Shown here: one piece after another, positions 28,850 to 39,743 of the stretch
Position numbering within the stretch: position 1 is the first letter of the stretch
Layout of the letters: each line of letters opens with the position of its first letter
Source of the DNA: Candidatus Binatia bacterium
GTDB lineage: Bacteria > Desulfobacterota > Binatia > Bin18
Direction: 5' to 3'
DNA: 64,000 bases
Assembly: GCA_963666315.2 (NCBI GenBank)
Contig: CAXXHG010000046.1
Coordinates: forward strand, 1 to 64,000
Program-made: the position numbers and the translations under genes
The notes under the pieces: generated by a model
What the model was told of the DNA's origin: nothing
Databases searched by the model: none
Seen by the model: only the letters and a program-made list of their open reading frames with translations

Positions 28850-29668
28850 TTACTCCTTATTACCCTCAATCCGCTTTTGTAGCTTCTCTAAATAGGGTTT
28901 GACATCCGGGGCAAACGCTTCGTGCTCGGACAGCTTCGTATAGTGGGCCAGCGCCGTGGGGAATTCGGCTTGAATCTCGTCGTGAAAAATAAGCGCCAGC
29001 CCATGCTCAGCAAGGAGCTTGCCCTGGGCCTTTTCGTTCGAAAATAGGGCGATCTCGGCTACGAAACAAATGTCGGCCAGAGTGATGTTATCGCCGACGA
29101 GGTATTCACGGTTTGGAGCGAGACCCCGGTCAATGCCGGACAAATAGATGCCGAACGCATCTTTCGCCCGGGAATGGACATCTGCCGTCATTGAGCCCCC
29201 CATCAGGGCAAGCAAATAGATTTGCGAATCGCGGGCAAACACCAGACTAGCGTCAAGAAAGCTGTCAATCCGAGTGGCGGAATACGCATCTGTTCCATAA
29301 ACCGGATACTTTGCCTGCCCAAGCCGGCCTACAGCACGCATAATGCTATTCGATTCAAAGATGCCCGTCTTGCCATCCGGGCTAAACGCGGCGGGAACCG
29401 TCCCAAACGGATGCGCATCTAGAAAGGTTTCAGTCTTATAGAGACGACCGGTGAAACCGGCCCGGCCCTGACGTTCGGTATCTTGAGGAGAGTTTTTTTC
29501 TTCGTCGGTGAGTGGGCGGGCCTCAAAATCCCATAGCCAGTTCTGCAAATCGGAGGGAGCGTTGCCGCGTACATCAATCCGGATATCACACAGCCGGGCG
29601 GCGATAGTAGCCTTCCAAATGCGCGGATTGGGCAGATACGAAAAAATACGAAGATCAAAATCAGGCAT
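28850..29668 (-). CDS. Glutathione S-transferase family protein
   Basis: PFGTVPA, IFESNSIMR, YLVGDNITLADI; start at ATG 29668. Confidence 0.85.
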   Translation of the reverse strand: MPDFDLRIFSYLPNPRIWKATIAARLCDIRIDVRGNAPSDLQNWLWDFEARPLTDEEKNSPQDTERQGRAGFTGRLYKTETFLDAHPFGTVPAAFSPDGKTGIFESNSIMRAVGRLGQAKYPVYGTDAYSATRIDSFLDASLVFARDSQIYLLALMGGSMTADVHSRAKDAFGIYLSGIDRGLAPNREYLVGDNITLADICFVAEIALFSNEKAQGKLLAEHGLALIFHDEIQAEFPTALAHYTKLSEHEAFAPDVKPYLEKLQKRIEGNKE

Positions 29669-29737
29669 GACGACTATCCTTCCAGGATAAAATACGACAC
29701 TATTTATTGCACGAGAGAATAGCAGAACAGGGAAACG

Positions 29738-30163
29738 GTGGACATACCGATAGCGAGCGACGAACGGCAGCCCCAATACGGCACAGGCGATGCATCTTTC
29801 CAAGCCGCAGGTGCCGTAGCAGGGCTTCAGAAGTTAGTGAACGATTTTTACGACCTCATGGAGCAACTCCCCGAGGTCAAAGAGATACGGGACATGCATC
29901 CTGCAGATCTGAGCCAGTCACGGGACAAGCTCTCACGGTTTCTGTGCGGCTGGCTAGGCGGCCCAAAGCTGTATCGAGAGAAATATGGGTCTATCAAAAT
30001 CCCTCGCGTGCACGCCCATCTCAATATCGGCAGCAGACAACGTGACGCTTGGCTTTCATGTATGCAAAAAGCGCTTGAAAAACAGCCCTATGCCAAGAGT
30101 TTCAAAAAATATCTGATTGAACAGCTGTATGTTCCGGCAGAACGCAGCCGGACGCAAGATTAG
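29738..30163 (+). CDS. Group II truncated hemoglobin
   Basis: GL..LV.DFYD.M, MHP.DL, FLCGWLGGP.LY, RVHAH, RDAWL.CM. Confidence 0.9.
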   Translation: MDIPIASDERQPQYGTGDASFQAAGAVAGLQKLVNDFYDLMEQLPEVKEIRDMHPADLSQSRDKLSRFLCGWLGGPKLYREKYGSIKIPRVHAHLNIGSRQRDAWLSCMQKALEKQPYAKSFKKYLIEQLYVPAERSRTQD

Positions 30164-30235
30164 GGCCGAGATGAGAGCAATATGCACTTGAGTGTGTCGG
30201 ACAGTTCTGAAACGCCGTAAGGCAGAAACCGTTTC

Positions 30236-30541
30236 CTATTCCCAGGGTCGACCGAGTCGCTCGACTGCCGCGTGTGGAGAATAGGGAGACGAGTAAAATC
30301 CCACCTCGTAATTTGACCCAGCGGGTAAGTCGTCGCGCCGGATCTCTACCAGCACCATATCCGCAGCAGTAAACTCTGACGGAGGCTGTCGGTCGTCAAG
30401 CGCCGGCATGAGATCGGTATAAAACCGATGCAGCCCGATATCCAAAGACCACTGGAGCGTCTCCAACGGACGGTCGTAGGCTGGTCTTCCCCCCAAGGCC
30501 AAGAGGCGGTTCTCCTGCCGTACAAACCACACTTTTGCCAT
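30236..30541 (-). CDS. Hypothetical protein
   Basis: ORF with GGAGA RBS directly downstream of the peptidase, same strand. Confidence 0.55.
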   Translation of the reverse strand: MAKVWFVRQENRLLALGGRPAYDRPLETLQWSLDIGLHRFYTDLMPALDDRQPPSEFTAADMVLVEIRRDDLPAGSNYEVGFYSSPYSPHAAVERLGRPWE

Positions 30542-30555
30542 TGCTTGCTTCTCCT

Positions 30556-31728
30556 CTATTTTAGAACTGGAACCACAGCCGTTTGCACTGGATCGCCGGT
30601 CACAATAGCCTCTCGCTCCGTCACATAGACGTCGACCTCACTCCGCACGCCGAAGTCTCCAGCCAAATAGATCCCTGGTTCGATCGAGAAACACGTATAC
30701 GGTAGCACCCGGCGCGTATCCTGAGTCTCTACACCATCCATATTCGCGCCGTTCCCGTGGACCTCTTCGCCGATCGAATGGCCGGTGCGGTGAAAAAACT
30801 GCTCCCCATAGCCGGCATCAGTAATGACTTTTCGTGACGCCGCGTCCACCTCATGTCCAAAGAACACGTGTCCACTCTCGACTCGGTCTTTTACAAATGC
30901 CACCGCCGCGTCACGGGCATCACGGACCAGATTGAAAATCTGCTGATACTGCTCTGGGACCTCGCTGCCCATGAAGCCCGTCCAGGTGATGTCGGCATAC
31001 ACGCCGCCCGGCTCTTTCGCCCACAGGTCAATGAGTACGAAATCGCCGGACTGAATCACAGCCGACTGTTCCGCCGTAGGGGTATAATGCGGGTCGGCGC
31101 TATGTCTGTTAGCCGCCACCACAGGCGGATGATAGGTCGTCAAACCATGGCTGGCAAAGCGCTCCAGGATGAACTGCTGAACCTGGTATTCCGACACGGG
31201 AGCACGTTCGCGCAGATAGGTAAAAGCGACATCAACCGTCTCACGTACCACCTTGGCTGCCCGCATATGGCTTTGCCATTGGTCTGCCGTCCACACGGCT
31301 TCAAAGCGTTGGACCAAGTCTGCGGCAGAAACCACTTCAACTCCAAGCTGGCGGATTGTTTCAATAGTGCCGGCGTCAACGCGAGAGATATACGGAATGG
31401 CATTCCCAGGCGAATACTGCATGGCAATCCGGCGCGTGCCGCGCAGCACCTCAGCCAGCCGCTGCGCGTGCTGCTGCCAGGTAAAAAACGGGAATTTGTG
31501 CCCCGGAAGCTCGTCTAAGCGATGCGGCTCAATCGTCGAGACGATACCAACCGGCTCACCGACTGCTGGGATGAAATAATACCAGCGCCGCGTGGAGAGT
31601 TCTTTCGGATCAAGTCCGAGAATACGGTATGCTAAAGGATCGCTGCCCCGAAAATCATAAAACAGCCAGCCATCTAGCTTTTCGGCTTGCAACGCGCTTT
31701 GGATTTCGCGCAAACGCTGTTCGTCCAT
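30556..31728 (-). CDS. M24 Xaa-Pro aminopeptidase
   Basis: IDLWAK, YADIT, HRTGHSIG, FSIEPGIY, GVRSE; start at ATG 31728. Confidence 0.92.
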   Translation of the reverse strand: MDEQRLREIQSALQAEKLDGWLFYDFRGSDPLAYRILGLDPKELSTRRWYYFIPAVGEPVGIVSTIEPHRLDELPGHKFPFFTWQQHAQRLAEVLRGTRRIAMQYSPGNAIPYISRVDAGTIETIRQLGVEVVSAADLVQRFEAVWTADQWQSHMRAAKVVRETVDVAFTYLRERAPVSEYQVQQFILERFASHGLTTYHPPVVAANRHSADPHYTPTAEQSAVIQSGDFVLIDLWAKEPGGVYADITWTGFMGSEVPEQYQQIFNLVRDARDAAVAFVKDRVESGHVFFGHEVDAASRKVITDAGYGEQFFHRTGHSIGEEVHGNGANMDGVETQDTRRVLPYTCFSIEPGIYLAGDFGVRSEVDVYVTEREAIVTGDPVQTAVVPVLK

Positions 31729-31806
31729 AGAGCTCTCTCTTGACCGCCCTCGCTTGAGTTGCGACCCTCGTGGTGAGATGATAATACTACCTTTTGGAGG
31801 TTGAGA

Positions 31807-32118
31807 ATGAAAGAAGGAATTCATCCGGCACAGTACCGGCAAGTCGTTTTTAAGGACACATCGGCCGACTACGCTATTTTAACCCGTGCCTGCGTCGAAA
31901 CCAAAGACTCAATTGAATGGGAAGATGGCGAGACCTATCCTTTGTATAAATTAGACATTTCGAGCGCATCGCACCCATTCTACACAGGCAAACAGCGTAT
32001 TGTTGATGCGGCGGGTCGGGTCGAACGATTCCGGCGTCGATACGGACTCAAAAACCCAGAAGAGACCGAAGAGGCACAAGAAGGAAAAGAAGGACAAGAA
32101 GAAAAAAAAGAGGCATAA
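31807..32118 (+). CDS. rpmE2: 50S ribosomal protein L31 type B
   Basis: MKEGIHP..YRQVVFKD, DISSASHPFYTGKQ, GRVERF; lacks the Zn-binding Cys pairs. Confidence 0.95.
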   Translation: MKEGIHPAQYRQVVFKDTSADYAILTRACVETKDSIEWEDGETYPLYKLDISSASHPFYTGKQRIVDAAGRVERFRRRYGLKNPEETEEAQEGKEGQEEKKEA

Positions 32119-32163
32119 TGATGCATACCCTCTGTCCCTGAGCGGAGAGACAGACAGTCCTGT

Positions 32164-32188
32164 GTAGGGGCGGTGTTACACCGCCCCT
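32164..32188. repeat. GTAG REP palindrome
   Basis: GTAGGGGCGGTGTTACACCGCCCCT. Confidence 0.7.
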
Positions 32189-32226
32189 CATTGTATCCGC
32201 CTCGTTCCATGACTTTTTCATTATTT

Positions 32227-33312
32227 ATGAGCGAAACAGCTGCACTCCTTGGAAAATTAGCCGAGGTCGAGAAGCGCTACGAGGAAGTTGAGGCCACATT
32301 AGGCAAACCAGAGGTGGCCAGTAACCCCAAAGAGTATGCCAAACTGGCCAAAGAGCACGCGTCCCTGGAAGAAGTTGTGGCCTGTTTTCGGGAATGGCGC
32401 AAAGTCGGCACTGAGATCGAGGGCAGTAAGGCCCTGCTCGACGATGCCGACCCGGAGGTGCATGAACTCGCCCAAGAAGAGATCGATGACTTGAGCGTGC
32501 GCTCGACCGAACTTGAGGCCAAACTGCATGTCTTACTGCTGCCCAAAGACCCCCTCGACGAAAAGAACGTCATCCTCGAAATTCGGGCAGGCACGGGGGG
32601 AGATGAGGCCGGTTTATTTGCCGCCGACCTGTTTCGGATGTATACCCACTACGCAGAACGTCAGAATTGGCGCATGGAAGTGCTCAGTTCGAGCCCGACC
32701 GGCGTTGGTGGGTTTAAAGAAATCATCAGCACCGTCAGTGGCAAAAACGCCTATAGTCGCCTCAAGTTTGAAGGCGGCGTGCATCGCGTTCAGCGCGTTC
32801 CAGAGACCGAATCGTCGGGCCGTATCCACACCTCGGCGGTGACTGTTGCCGTCCTGCCCGAAGCTGACGAGGTTGATGTCTCAATCGACGAGAAAGAGCT
32901 ACGGATCGACGTCTTTCGCTCCTCTGGTCCGGGTGGACAGAGTGTTAATACTACAGACTCGGCCGTACGCATCACCCATCTCCCCACGAACTTAGTTGTC
33001 TCGTGCCAGGACGAGAAATCCCAGCACAAGAATAAAGCTAAGGCCCTGAAAATTCTGCGCGCCCGGCTCTTAGAGCGCGCGCAAGAAGAACAGCACGCGA
33101 AAATCTCAGCCTCACGCCGCAGCATGGTAGGATCGGGCGACCGCTCGGAGCGGATCCGGACGTATAATTTTCCACAATCGAGGATGACGGACCATCGTAT
33201 TAATATGACCGTACACACGCTTGAGCGTATTCTCGATGGTGAACTCGACGCAATTGTTGACGCACTCATGACCTCGCATCAAGCGGAAATGTTGAAATCC
33301 TCAGCAAGCTAA
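32227..33312 (+). CDS. prfA: Peptide chain release factor 1
   Basis: GTGGDEA, VPET (PxT), [17 protein letters not shown]. Confidence 0.97.
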   Translation: MSETAALLGKLAEVEKRYEEVEATLGKPEVASNPKEYAKLAKEHASLEEVVACFREWRKVGTEIEGSKALLDDADPEVHELAQEEIDDLSVRSTELEAKLHVLLLPKDPLDEKNVILEIRAGTGGDEAGLFAADLFRMYTHYAERQNWRMEVLSSSPTGVGGFKEIISTVSGKNAYSRLKFEGGVHRVQRVPETESSGRIHTSAVTVAVLPEADEVDVSIDEKELRIDVFRSSGPGGQSVNTTDSAVRITHLPTNLVVSCQDEKSQHKNKAKALKILRARLLERAQEEQHAKISASRRSMVGSGDRSERIRTYNFPQSRMTDHRINMTVHTLERILDGELDAIVDALMTSHQAEMLKSSAS

Positions 33313-33319
33313 TGTCGCT

Positions 33320-34225
33320 ATGAAGGCGGTTTCTCATTCTTCGCCCTCTTCGCCTGAATCCGACACCATAGCCTCCCTCTTGACCGCAGCACAGGCGGAT
33401 CTTGCCTCACGTCATGTCAGCACGCCTCGCTTAGACGCAGAAGTCCTCCTCAGCCATATACTGCAGACGGATCGTACGTCTTTGTACACGCGTCTCCAAA
33501 GACCTCTTTCCGCCGCTCACAAGAGACAGTTCACGGAACTCATTGCGCGGCGGAAACAGCGCGAACCGCTTGCCTATATCACCGGCAGCCGAGAATTTTG
33601 GTCCTTGGAATTCCGCGTTGATACGCACGTTTTAATTCCACGCCCGGAAACTGAAATTGTCGTACACACAGCCCTGCGCCTCCTCCACAACGCGGTAATA
33701 GCAACGCCGGCTATTCTGGACCTGGGAACAGGCAGCGGCTGTATTGGTATTGCCCTCGCCACGGAACTTCCTCAGGCAGCTCTGTGGGCGCTGGATATCG
33801 AAGATGAGGCGCTAGCGCTGGCACGCCAGAATGCCCGCCACCATGCTGTTGACGAACGTATGACCTTCTGTCAGGGAGATCTATTCGCCCCTATCTCGCA
33901 CCTGACTGAGCGCTTTCACCTCATTGTCACCAATCCCCCCTATATTGACCGCGAGACCCTCGGCACGCTCCAGCCTGAAGTCGGCCACTGGGAGCCCCAG
34001 CGTGCTTTAGACGGCGGGCAAGACGGTCTCGATTTTTATCGGCGCCTGCTGTACGATAGTCCGAACTATCTTCGACCCGGAGGATGGCTCGTCATGGAGA
34101 TCGGGCACGGCCAAAGGGGCGCCGTCCTCCACCTAGCACAGGCCCAATGCCGCCTTTCCATCCAGAGCTGTGTTCAAGACTACGCCGGACATGATCGGGT
34201 TGTGGTATTCCAACCAGCAGCCTAA
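33320..34225 (+). CDS. prmC: Release factor glutamine methyltransferase
   Basis: LIPRPETE, DLGTGSG, NPPY, DGG.DGL. Confidence 0.96.
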   Translation: MKAVSHSSPSSPESDTIASLLTAAQADLASRHVSTPRLDAEVLLSHILQTDRTSLYTRLQRPLSAAHKRQFTELIARRKQREPLAYITGSREFWSLEFRVDTHVLIPRPETEIVVHTALRLLHNAVIATPAILDLGTGSGCIGIALATELPQAALWALDIEDEALALARQNARHHAVDERMTFCQGDLFAPISHLTERFHLIVTNPPYIDRETLGTLQPEVGHWEPQRALDGGQDGLDFYRRLLYDSPNYLRPGGWLVMEIGHGQRGAVLHLAQAQCRLSIQSCVQDYAGHDRVVVFQPAA

Positions 34226-34262
34226 AAAAGATGTACACAAAAGCGGACACGGATGCATATAA

Positions 34263-35531
34263 ATGGATAAAATTGTTCTCCAAGGCGGTATTCCCCTTCA
34301 CGGCGCGGTAACCGTAAGCGGGGCAAAAAATGCGGCCTTGCCGTTACTCTTCGCCTCTCTTTTAACACAAGACGAATGCACCCTACGGCGCATACCGCGA
34401 CTCGTTGATATTCAGACGGCGCTGCGCTTGCTGAAGGAGCTCGGGGTGCAAACCGACTGGCTCGGCACCAACGAGGTCGCACTGCATGCCCGAGGGGTGC
34501 GGCAAATCGAAGCACCCTACGATTTGGTCAAAACCATGCGCGCCTCGTTCTTAGTGCTCGGGCCGCTCTTGGCCCGCTTTGGCCGCGCCCGGGTCTCAAC
34601 ACCCGGAGGCTGTGCCATCGGCACCCGTCCGGTCAATATTCACCTCAGCGGCCTGCAACAACTCGGCGCATCTATTCATATTCGACAAGGCTATGTCGAG
34701 GCCGAAGCCAGTCGGCTCAAGGGAGCGGACATCACCTTCGACTTTCCCTCTGTTGGCGCAACGGAGAATCTGATGATGGCGGCCACGTTGGCCGCCGGGA
34801 CAACCGTGCTCAACAATGTGGCCCGCGAGCCGGAAATCGAAGATCTGGCAGACATGCTCGTCGCTATGGGTGCTCGCATTCACGGTGCCGGCAGTCGAAC
34901 CATCGTGATTGATGGTGTGGAAGGACTGCACGGCGTGACCCACACCGTTATCCCGGATCGCGTTGAGGCTGGCACCTTTCTGATTGCTGGAGCCATCACC
35001 TCGGGCAACGTGCTAGTCCGTGGCGCGCGCGCTGACCACCTCCAGAGCTTTTTGCAAGCACTGCAACAGGCGGGAGTACAAGTCCACGAAGAAACGGCAG
35101 GCATCCGCGTACTCGGCAATGGTCGACCAACCGGAGTCCAGATTACGACCCAACCCTATCCCGGTTTTCCGACTGATCTCCAGGCGCAGATGATGGCGCT
35201 CTTAGCCTTGGGCCAGCAGCAAAGTGTGCTGACTGAAACGATCTTCGAGAATCGGTTTATGCACGCCCAAGAACTCGTACGTTTGGGCGCAGATATTTAT
35301 GTTCAGGGGCATACGGCCAGCGTCAAGGGTGTCGCCTTTCTGAGTGGAGCGCCGGTCATGGCAACCGATCTGCGCGCCAGCGTTTCACTGATTTTGGCCG
35401 GGCTCGCTGCGCGCGGAGAAACCGAGATTGGCCGCATTTATCATCTTGATCGTGGTTACGAGCAGATAGAGGCCAAGCTTTCACAACTGGGGGCGAGAAT
35501 CCAACGCCAGAAAAGTACGTCACAGCAATGA
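34263..35531 (+). CDS. murA: UDP-N-acetylglucosamine 1-carboxyvinyltransferase
   Basis: [35 protein letters not shown]. Confidence 0.98.
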   Translation: MDKIVLQGGIPLHGAVTVSGAKNAALPLLFASLLTQDECTLRRIPRLVDIQTALRLLKELGVQTDWLGTNEVALHARGVRQIEAPYDLVKTMRASFLVLGPLLARFGRARVSTPGGCAIGTRPVNIHLSGLQQLGASIHIRQGYVEAEASRLKGADITFDFPSVGATENLMMAATLAAGTTVLNNVAREPEIEDLADMLVAMGARIHGAGSRTIVIDGVEGLHGVTHTVIPDRVEAGTFLIAGAITSGNVLVRGARADHLQSFLQALQQAGVQVHEETAGIRVLGNGRPTGVQITTQPYPGFPTDLQAQMMALLALGQQQSVLTETIFENRFMHAQELVRLGADIYVQGHTASVKGVAFLSGAPVMATDLRASVSLILAGLAARGETEIGRIYHLDRGYEQIEAKLSQLGARIQRQKSTSQQ

Positions 35532-36868
35532 CTACTGCGCGCAGATCAACACCCGCTCTTGTTCCTCTTCTAACCACAACGGACCCTGCCTGCCAGCGTC
35601 ATCTCAAGAAGCTCCTCGCTCGCGGAGAGAGTGCGAGCGCGGAAGTCGAAGGGACAGTCCGCTCGATTCTGCATGACGTGCAGAAACGGGGCGACCACGC
35701 ACTCCTTACTTTTACCAAAAAGTTTGATCGGGTAGCGCTCACCGCGTCGCAGCTGGGTGTGCCCCAAGCGGCGATGCAGGCGGCACTCAAAACCCTGCCC
35801 GTACCGATCAGAAAGGCGCTGCGGACAGCAGCCCAACGTATTCGACGTTTTCACCACAAGCAGCGCCTGTCCTCCTGGATGTATCGAGATGACCTGGGGG
35901 TCACCCTGGGCCAAAAAATCACGCCGCTCGAACGCGTCGGCGTATACGTTCCTGGAGGGACAGCGTCGTATCCATCCTCAGTTCTGATGAACGTCATTCC
36001 AGCCAAGGTCGCTGGGGTAAAAGAGATTATTATTGTCTCTCCACCGTCACCCCAGGGAGCCAACCCCACCCTCCTAGCTGCGGCTCATATTGCCGGCGCG
36101 GATGCGTTCTTCAAGGTAGGCGGGGCACAAGCAGTGGCCGCCCTGGCGTATGGCACCAGAACCATTCCGCGCGTAGACAAAATTGTCGGTCCCGGCAATA
36201 TATATGTAGCGACGGCCAAGCGACTCGTCTTCGGACAGGTGGATATCGACATGATCGCCGGGCCCAGCGAGGTCTTGGTGATTGCCGACCAGAGCGCAAC
36301 GCCGACCTATGTCGCGGCCGATATGCTCTCGCAGGCCGAGCATGATCCGCTGGCCGCAGCCGTATGCCTGACGACGTCCCAGCGCGTTGGCAAAGCCGTT
36401 GTCCGGGCGCTCACTGGGCAGCTCGCCACGCTAACACGACACAACATCGCAGCGACATCCCTGCGTCGCTTCGGGGCGGTGATTGTCGCCCGGAGTCGGT
36501 CGGAGGTGGTCGATCTGGCCAACGCCATTGCTCCGGAACACCTCGAGCTGGCAGTCGAAAATCCGCGCAGCTGGCTCAAAGATATTCGGAACGCAGGCGC
36601 AATCTTTCTGGGTCATCTCTCAACTGAACCGTTTGGAGATTATATCGCCGGCCCAAACCACGTCTTACCCACAGGCGGAACGGCCCGATTTTCTTCCCCA
36701 CTCGGGGTGTATGATTTTCTGAAACGGACGAGTGTGATAGAGGCCTCGTCGCGGGCGCTTGCGACCCTGGGTCCCGAAGTTATTCGGCTGGCCGAGCTTG
36801 AGGGACTTGAGGCCCACGCCCGCGCCGTACAGTATCGTTTGAACGGAGGTAGGCATGGCCGTACGTAA
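35528..36868 (+). CDS. hisD: Histidinol dehydrogenase
   Basis: [40 protein letters not shown]. Confidence 0.97.
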   Translation: MTTARRSTPALVPLLTTTDPACQRHLKKLLARGESASAEVEGTVRSILHDVQKRGDHALLTFTKKFDRVALTASQLGVPQAAMQAALKTLPVPIRKALRTAAQRIRRFHHKQRLSSWMYRDDLGVTLGQKITPLERVGVYVPGGTASYPSSVLMNVIPAKVAGVKEIIIVSPPSPQGANPTLLAAAHIAGADAFFKVGGAQAVAALAYGTRTIPRVDKIVGPGNIYVATAKRLVFGQVDIDMIAGPSEVLVIADQSATPTYVAADMLSQAEHDPLAAAVCLTTSQRVGKAVVRALTGQLATLTRHNIAATSLRRFGAVIVARSRSEVVDLANAIAPEHLELAVENPRSWLKDIRNAGAIFLGHLSTEPFGDYIAGPNHVLPTGGTARFSSPLGVYDFLKRTSVIEASSRALATLGPEVIRLAELEGLEAHARAVQYRLNGGRHGRT

Positions 36869-37445
36869 GGCAGAGGTGCACCGCAAAACCAACGAAACAG
36901 ATATCCAACTCAGCCTCCAGATCGAAGGCGAGGGTAAGTATACAGTGTCAACCGGCGTCCCCTTTCTGGACCACATGCTGGAGCTATTTACTCGACACGG
37001 ATTCTTTAACCTTACGCTGCACGCAAAAGGTGACACTGCAGTTGACGACCATCATACGGTCGAAGACGTCGGCTTGGCACTCGGACTCGCCTTTCGAGAG
37101 GCGCTCGGTGACAAACATGGCATTCGGCGCTTCGGGGACGCCACGGTCCCACTGGATGAAGCGCTGGTGTCATGCGTGGTCGATCTCAGCGGGCGGCCCT
37201 TTCTGGTCTATAATCTCGACATTCGCCAAGAAAAGGTCGGCACTCTTGCGACTGAGCTCATCCACGATTTTTTTCTGGCGTTTACCAATCAGATAGGCAT
37301 GAATCTGCACTTCAATATGACCCAAGGCCGAAATCCACATCACATCATTGAAGCCGGCTTCAAAGCCTTTGCCCGTGCGCTGAGCAGCGCGGTGCAGCAC
37401 GATCCCCGGGTGAAAGGAGTGCTTTCTACAAAAGGAAGTTTGTAG
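36855..37445 (+). CDS. hisB: Imidazoleglycerol-phosphate dehydratase
   Basis: FLDHML, DDHHTVED, LDEAL, NPHHIIEA, STKGSL. Confidence 0.97.
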   Translation: MAVRKAEVHRKTNETDIQLSLQIEGEGKYTVSTGVPFLDHMLELFTRHGFFNLTLHAKGDTAVDDHHTVEDVGLALGLAFREALGDKHGIRRFGDATVPLDEALVSCVVDLSGRPFLVYNLDIRQEKVGTLATELIHDFFLAFTNQIGMNLHFNMTQGRNPHHIIEAGFKAFARALSSAVQHDPRVKGVLSTKGSL

Positions 37446-37541
37446 ACCGTCTTTCTGCGTCGAGCACTAAACCGCCACGAATGGGGCTGGCTGAAGAGAT
37501 GTGCCTCAGTCTTTCTGTATTTTTGTGCTATCCACATTGGC

Positions 37542-37826
37542 ATGAAAAAGAAAAAAGCACCCCGGGCCTCTCCGGTAAAAAAAAGACGTAAGACCGAGCT
37601 CGCCTCTCCCGCTCGGGCCCAGCCAGCCTCTCAGACGAAGAACCATCAACTACTCAAATCTCTCATCCTGAAGTCTCTGGATGCGTTTGAAGAGTCATTC
37701 CGGCGTAAATATCCTGATGCATCTCCGGAAGAGATCCTCAACCAGATGACTCGCTCCCTCTCAGAACGCACACGTCGTGAACACCAGCAGCCAAGGAGAT
37801 CGTTTCGTTTTGGCCGACATCATTGA
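37542..37826 (+). CDS. Small basic hypothetical protein, putative antitoxin/partner
   Basis: RRKYPDASPEEI motif; overlaps the downstream nucleotidyltransferase start. Confidence 0.55.
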   Translation: MKKKKAPRASPVKKRRKTELASPARAQPASQTKNHQLLKSLILKSLDAFEESFRRKYPDASPEEILNQMTRSLSERTRREHQQPRRSFRFGRHH

Positions 37827-38352
37827 TCACACCTTCCGGTTGCTCCAGAGGCTTTTTCGTCACATCCCCATTCCTTACGCCATCGTCGGGGGATTTGCAG
37901 GAAACGTCTGGGGCGTCGCACGCGCAACGCTCGACATTGATGTTCTCGTCGGCGGGCGTCCATCTCAATTTGACAGGCTTATCTCCTTGGCAGACCGCAA
38001 CGATCTCCAGCCCCGACCAGAATTTCTCGAATTCAATCCACTCCTGCGGGGCTTCATGGTCCGCTGCCGGATAGAGAATCTGCATGTCGATTTCCTACGC
38101 CCTCGTGATGTCCATGATCGCAATGTATTACGACGCCGACGTCAGGCCACTTTTGCCGGACATCGACTCTGGTTTCCAACGGCCGAAGACTTGATCTTAA
38201 TGAAACTGAAGGTTGGACGAGATCGAGACTTCGACGATGCGACGCGCATCGTCGAACAGCAGTCTCCCAACCTCAACCGACGCTACCTCCGCCACTGGGC
38301 CGAACGGCTCGGTATTCAAGACGAACTGCGCTACGCCCTTCACGCCCTCTGA
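37810..38352 (+). CDS. Nucleotidyltransferase (DUF6036/AbiEii-like)
   Basis: YAIVGGFA, RATLDID, AEDLILMKL, RDRDFDDA, YLRHWAERLG. Confidence 0.8.
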   Translation: MADIIDHTFRLLQRLFRHIPIPYAIVGGFAGNVWGVARATLDIDVLVGGRPSQFDRLISLADRNDLQPRPEFLEFNPLLRGFMVRCRIENLHVDFLRPRDVHDRNVLRRRRQATFAGHRLWFPTAEDLILMKLKVGRDRDFDDATRIVEQQSPNLNRRYLRHWAERLGIQDELRYALHAL

Positions 38353-38379
38353 CAACTTGGAGCTGTTTTCAACAAAAAA

Positions 38380-38408
38380 GAAAAGGCGCACCGTCGTGCG
38401 CCCCTTTC
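38380..38408. terminator. Probable bidirectional intrinsic terminator
   Basis: AAAAGGCGCAC-CGTC-GTGCGCCCCTTT between convergent genes. Confidence 0.6.
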
Positions 38409-38436
38409 TGTCCTTCTCACTCGTCACAGCATCCGC

Positions 38437-39513
38437 TTACGCGTCGGCAAAGTTCGGGAGGACTTCTTCTATCAGCATGCGCTGAGAGTTTTCCCAGGCT
38501 TCATTATTTTCTGATTGATCGAAGGTCAACGCCAGCAGACACCCGAATCCACCCGTCTCGTCATGCATATCGCCCAGCTTCTGAGTGACGGTTTTGGGCG
38601 AGCCTACGAGCCAGACATAATCGGCCAGGTATTCCAGGGTCACATCAGAATCCGGCACTTCGGGCTGGTGCTTGAACAGACTCAGCATGTCGTACGACCG
38701 AAACAACGGCAGCAAATATTCTCCCCAGACGCGTCCCAGCATGCCCTTCAGGGCTTTTTCACGCGCCTCCTTATCCGTCTCTGCAATATAGACCTCGCGC
38801 GAAATGCGCCAGTCGCTGCGTGACGGGGTTAAGCCTGCTTTCTCCGCTCCTTCGACTACCGCCTGCCAATGCGTTTTGAGATAACTATTACTCAGCGCTA
38901 TGCTGAGCGGCAAAAACCCGTGTTCGCCGGCAAATTTCAGGGTCTCGGAGCCTGGGGTCAGTCCGGCAATGCCAATGGGCGGGTACGGTTTTTGATACGG
39001 TTTCAAATGGAATTTGAGTGAGTCCAGCATAGTGTCTATGCGGTTGAACGACCAGAACTCACCTCTATATTCGAAAGGCTCTTCGCTCTTCCACAGCTTG
39101 AGCATGATGTCGAGCGCTTCGAAGGTCATCCGACGGTTTTCTCCTGCGGCGCCGTCCACATTGAAGAGCTTCCAGTCACTCGGCAAACCGCCAGTGCCGA
39201 TCCCAAGCATGAAACGACCCTGAGCCATATGATCCAGAAAAGCCACCCGATGAGCCAGCTCAACAGGGTGGTGATACGGCAGAAGATGCGCACCAGGGCA
39301 CAGCTTCATCTTCTTTGTGCGTAGTAGCGCCTGGGCAATGAGCAGATCCGGAGCTGGATTCGGCTCCCAGGGCGCCGTAAAATGTTCCCCGATCCAGGCC
39401 TCGTGAAAGCCCACCTTGTCAGCGAATTCTAAGTGGTTGAGGTCCCACTGGTGACCCTCGAATAAACCCCTCTCAGGCGGATGAGAGGGCATCATAAAGA
39501 CTCCAGCTTTCAT
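38437..39513 (-). CDS. LLM-class flavin-dependent monooxygenase
   Basis: FMMPSHPP, EAWIGEH, LPYHHP, LDHMAQGRF, VGSP. Confidence 0.9.
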   Translation of the reverse strand: MKAGVFMMPSHPPERGLFEGHQWDLNHLEFADKVGFHEAWIGEHFTAPWEPNPAPDLLIAQALLRTKKMKLCPGAHLLPYHHPVELAHRVAFLDHMAQGRFMLGIGTGGLPSDWKLFNVDGAAGENRRMTFEALDIMLKLWKSEEPFEYRGEFWSFNRIDTMLDSLKFHLKPYQKPYPPIGIAGLTPGSETLKFAGEHGFLPLSIALSNSYLKTHWQAVVEGAEKAGLTPSRSDWRISREVYIAETDKEAREKALKGMLGRVWGEYLLPLFRSYDMLSLFKHQPEVPDSDVTLEYLADYVWLVGSPKTVTQKLGDMHDETGGFGCLLALTFDQSENNEAWENSQRMLIEEVLPNFADA

Positions 39514-39743
39514 CTTTTTCTCCTTACTTCATTCCTTCGTAGCAAACTGTTTGAACACGTATCGGTTTTACTCTTCTGCCTCAAGTCCGCAGCCTCCCTT
39601 TCTTATTTGAAGTCCAGCCTGACACAGGCATCAGGTCTTTAAGGCGGCAGCAGCTCCTGCCGCAGCTCGCCTTCCCTTGATTCTCGTCAGTTGGACCGGA
39701 ATAATAGCCGTCCAGTGATGATAGCGTAGGATGATAGCTCCTA

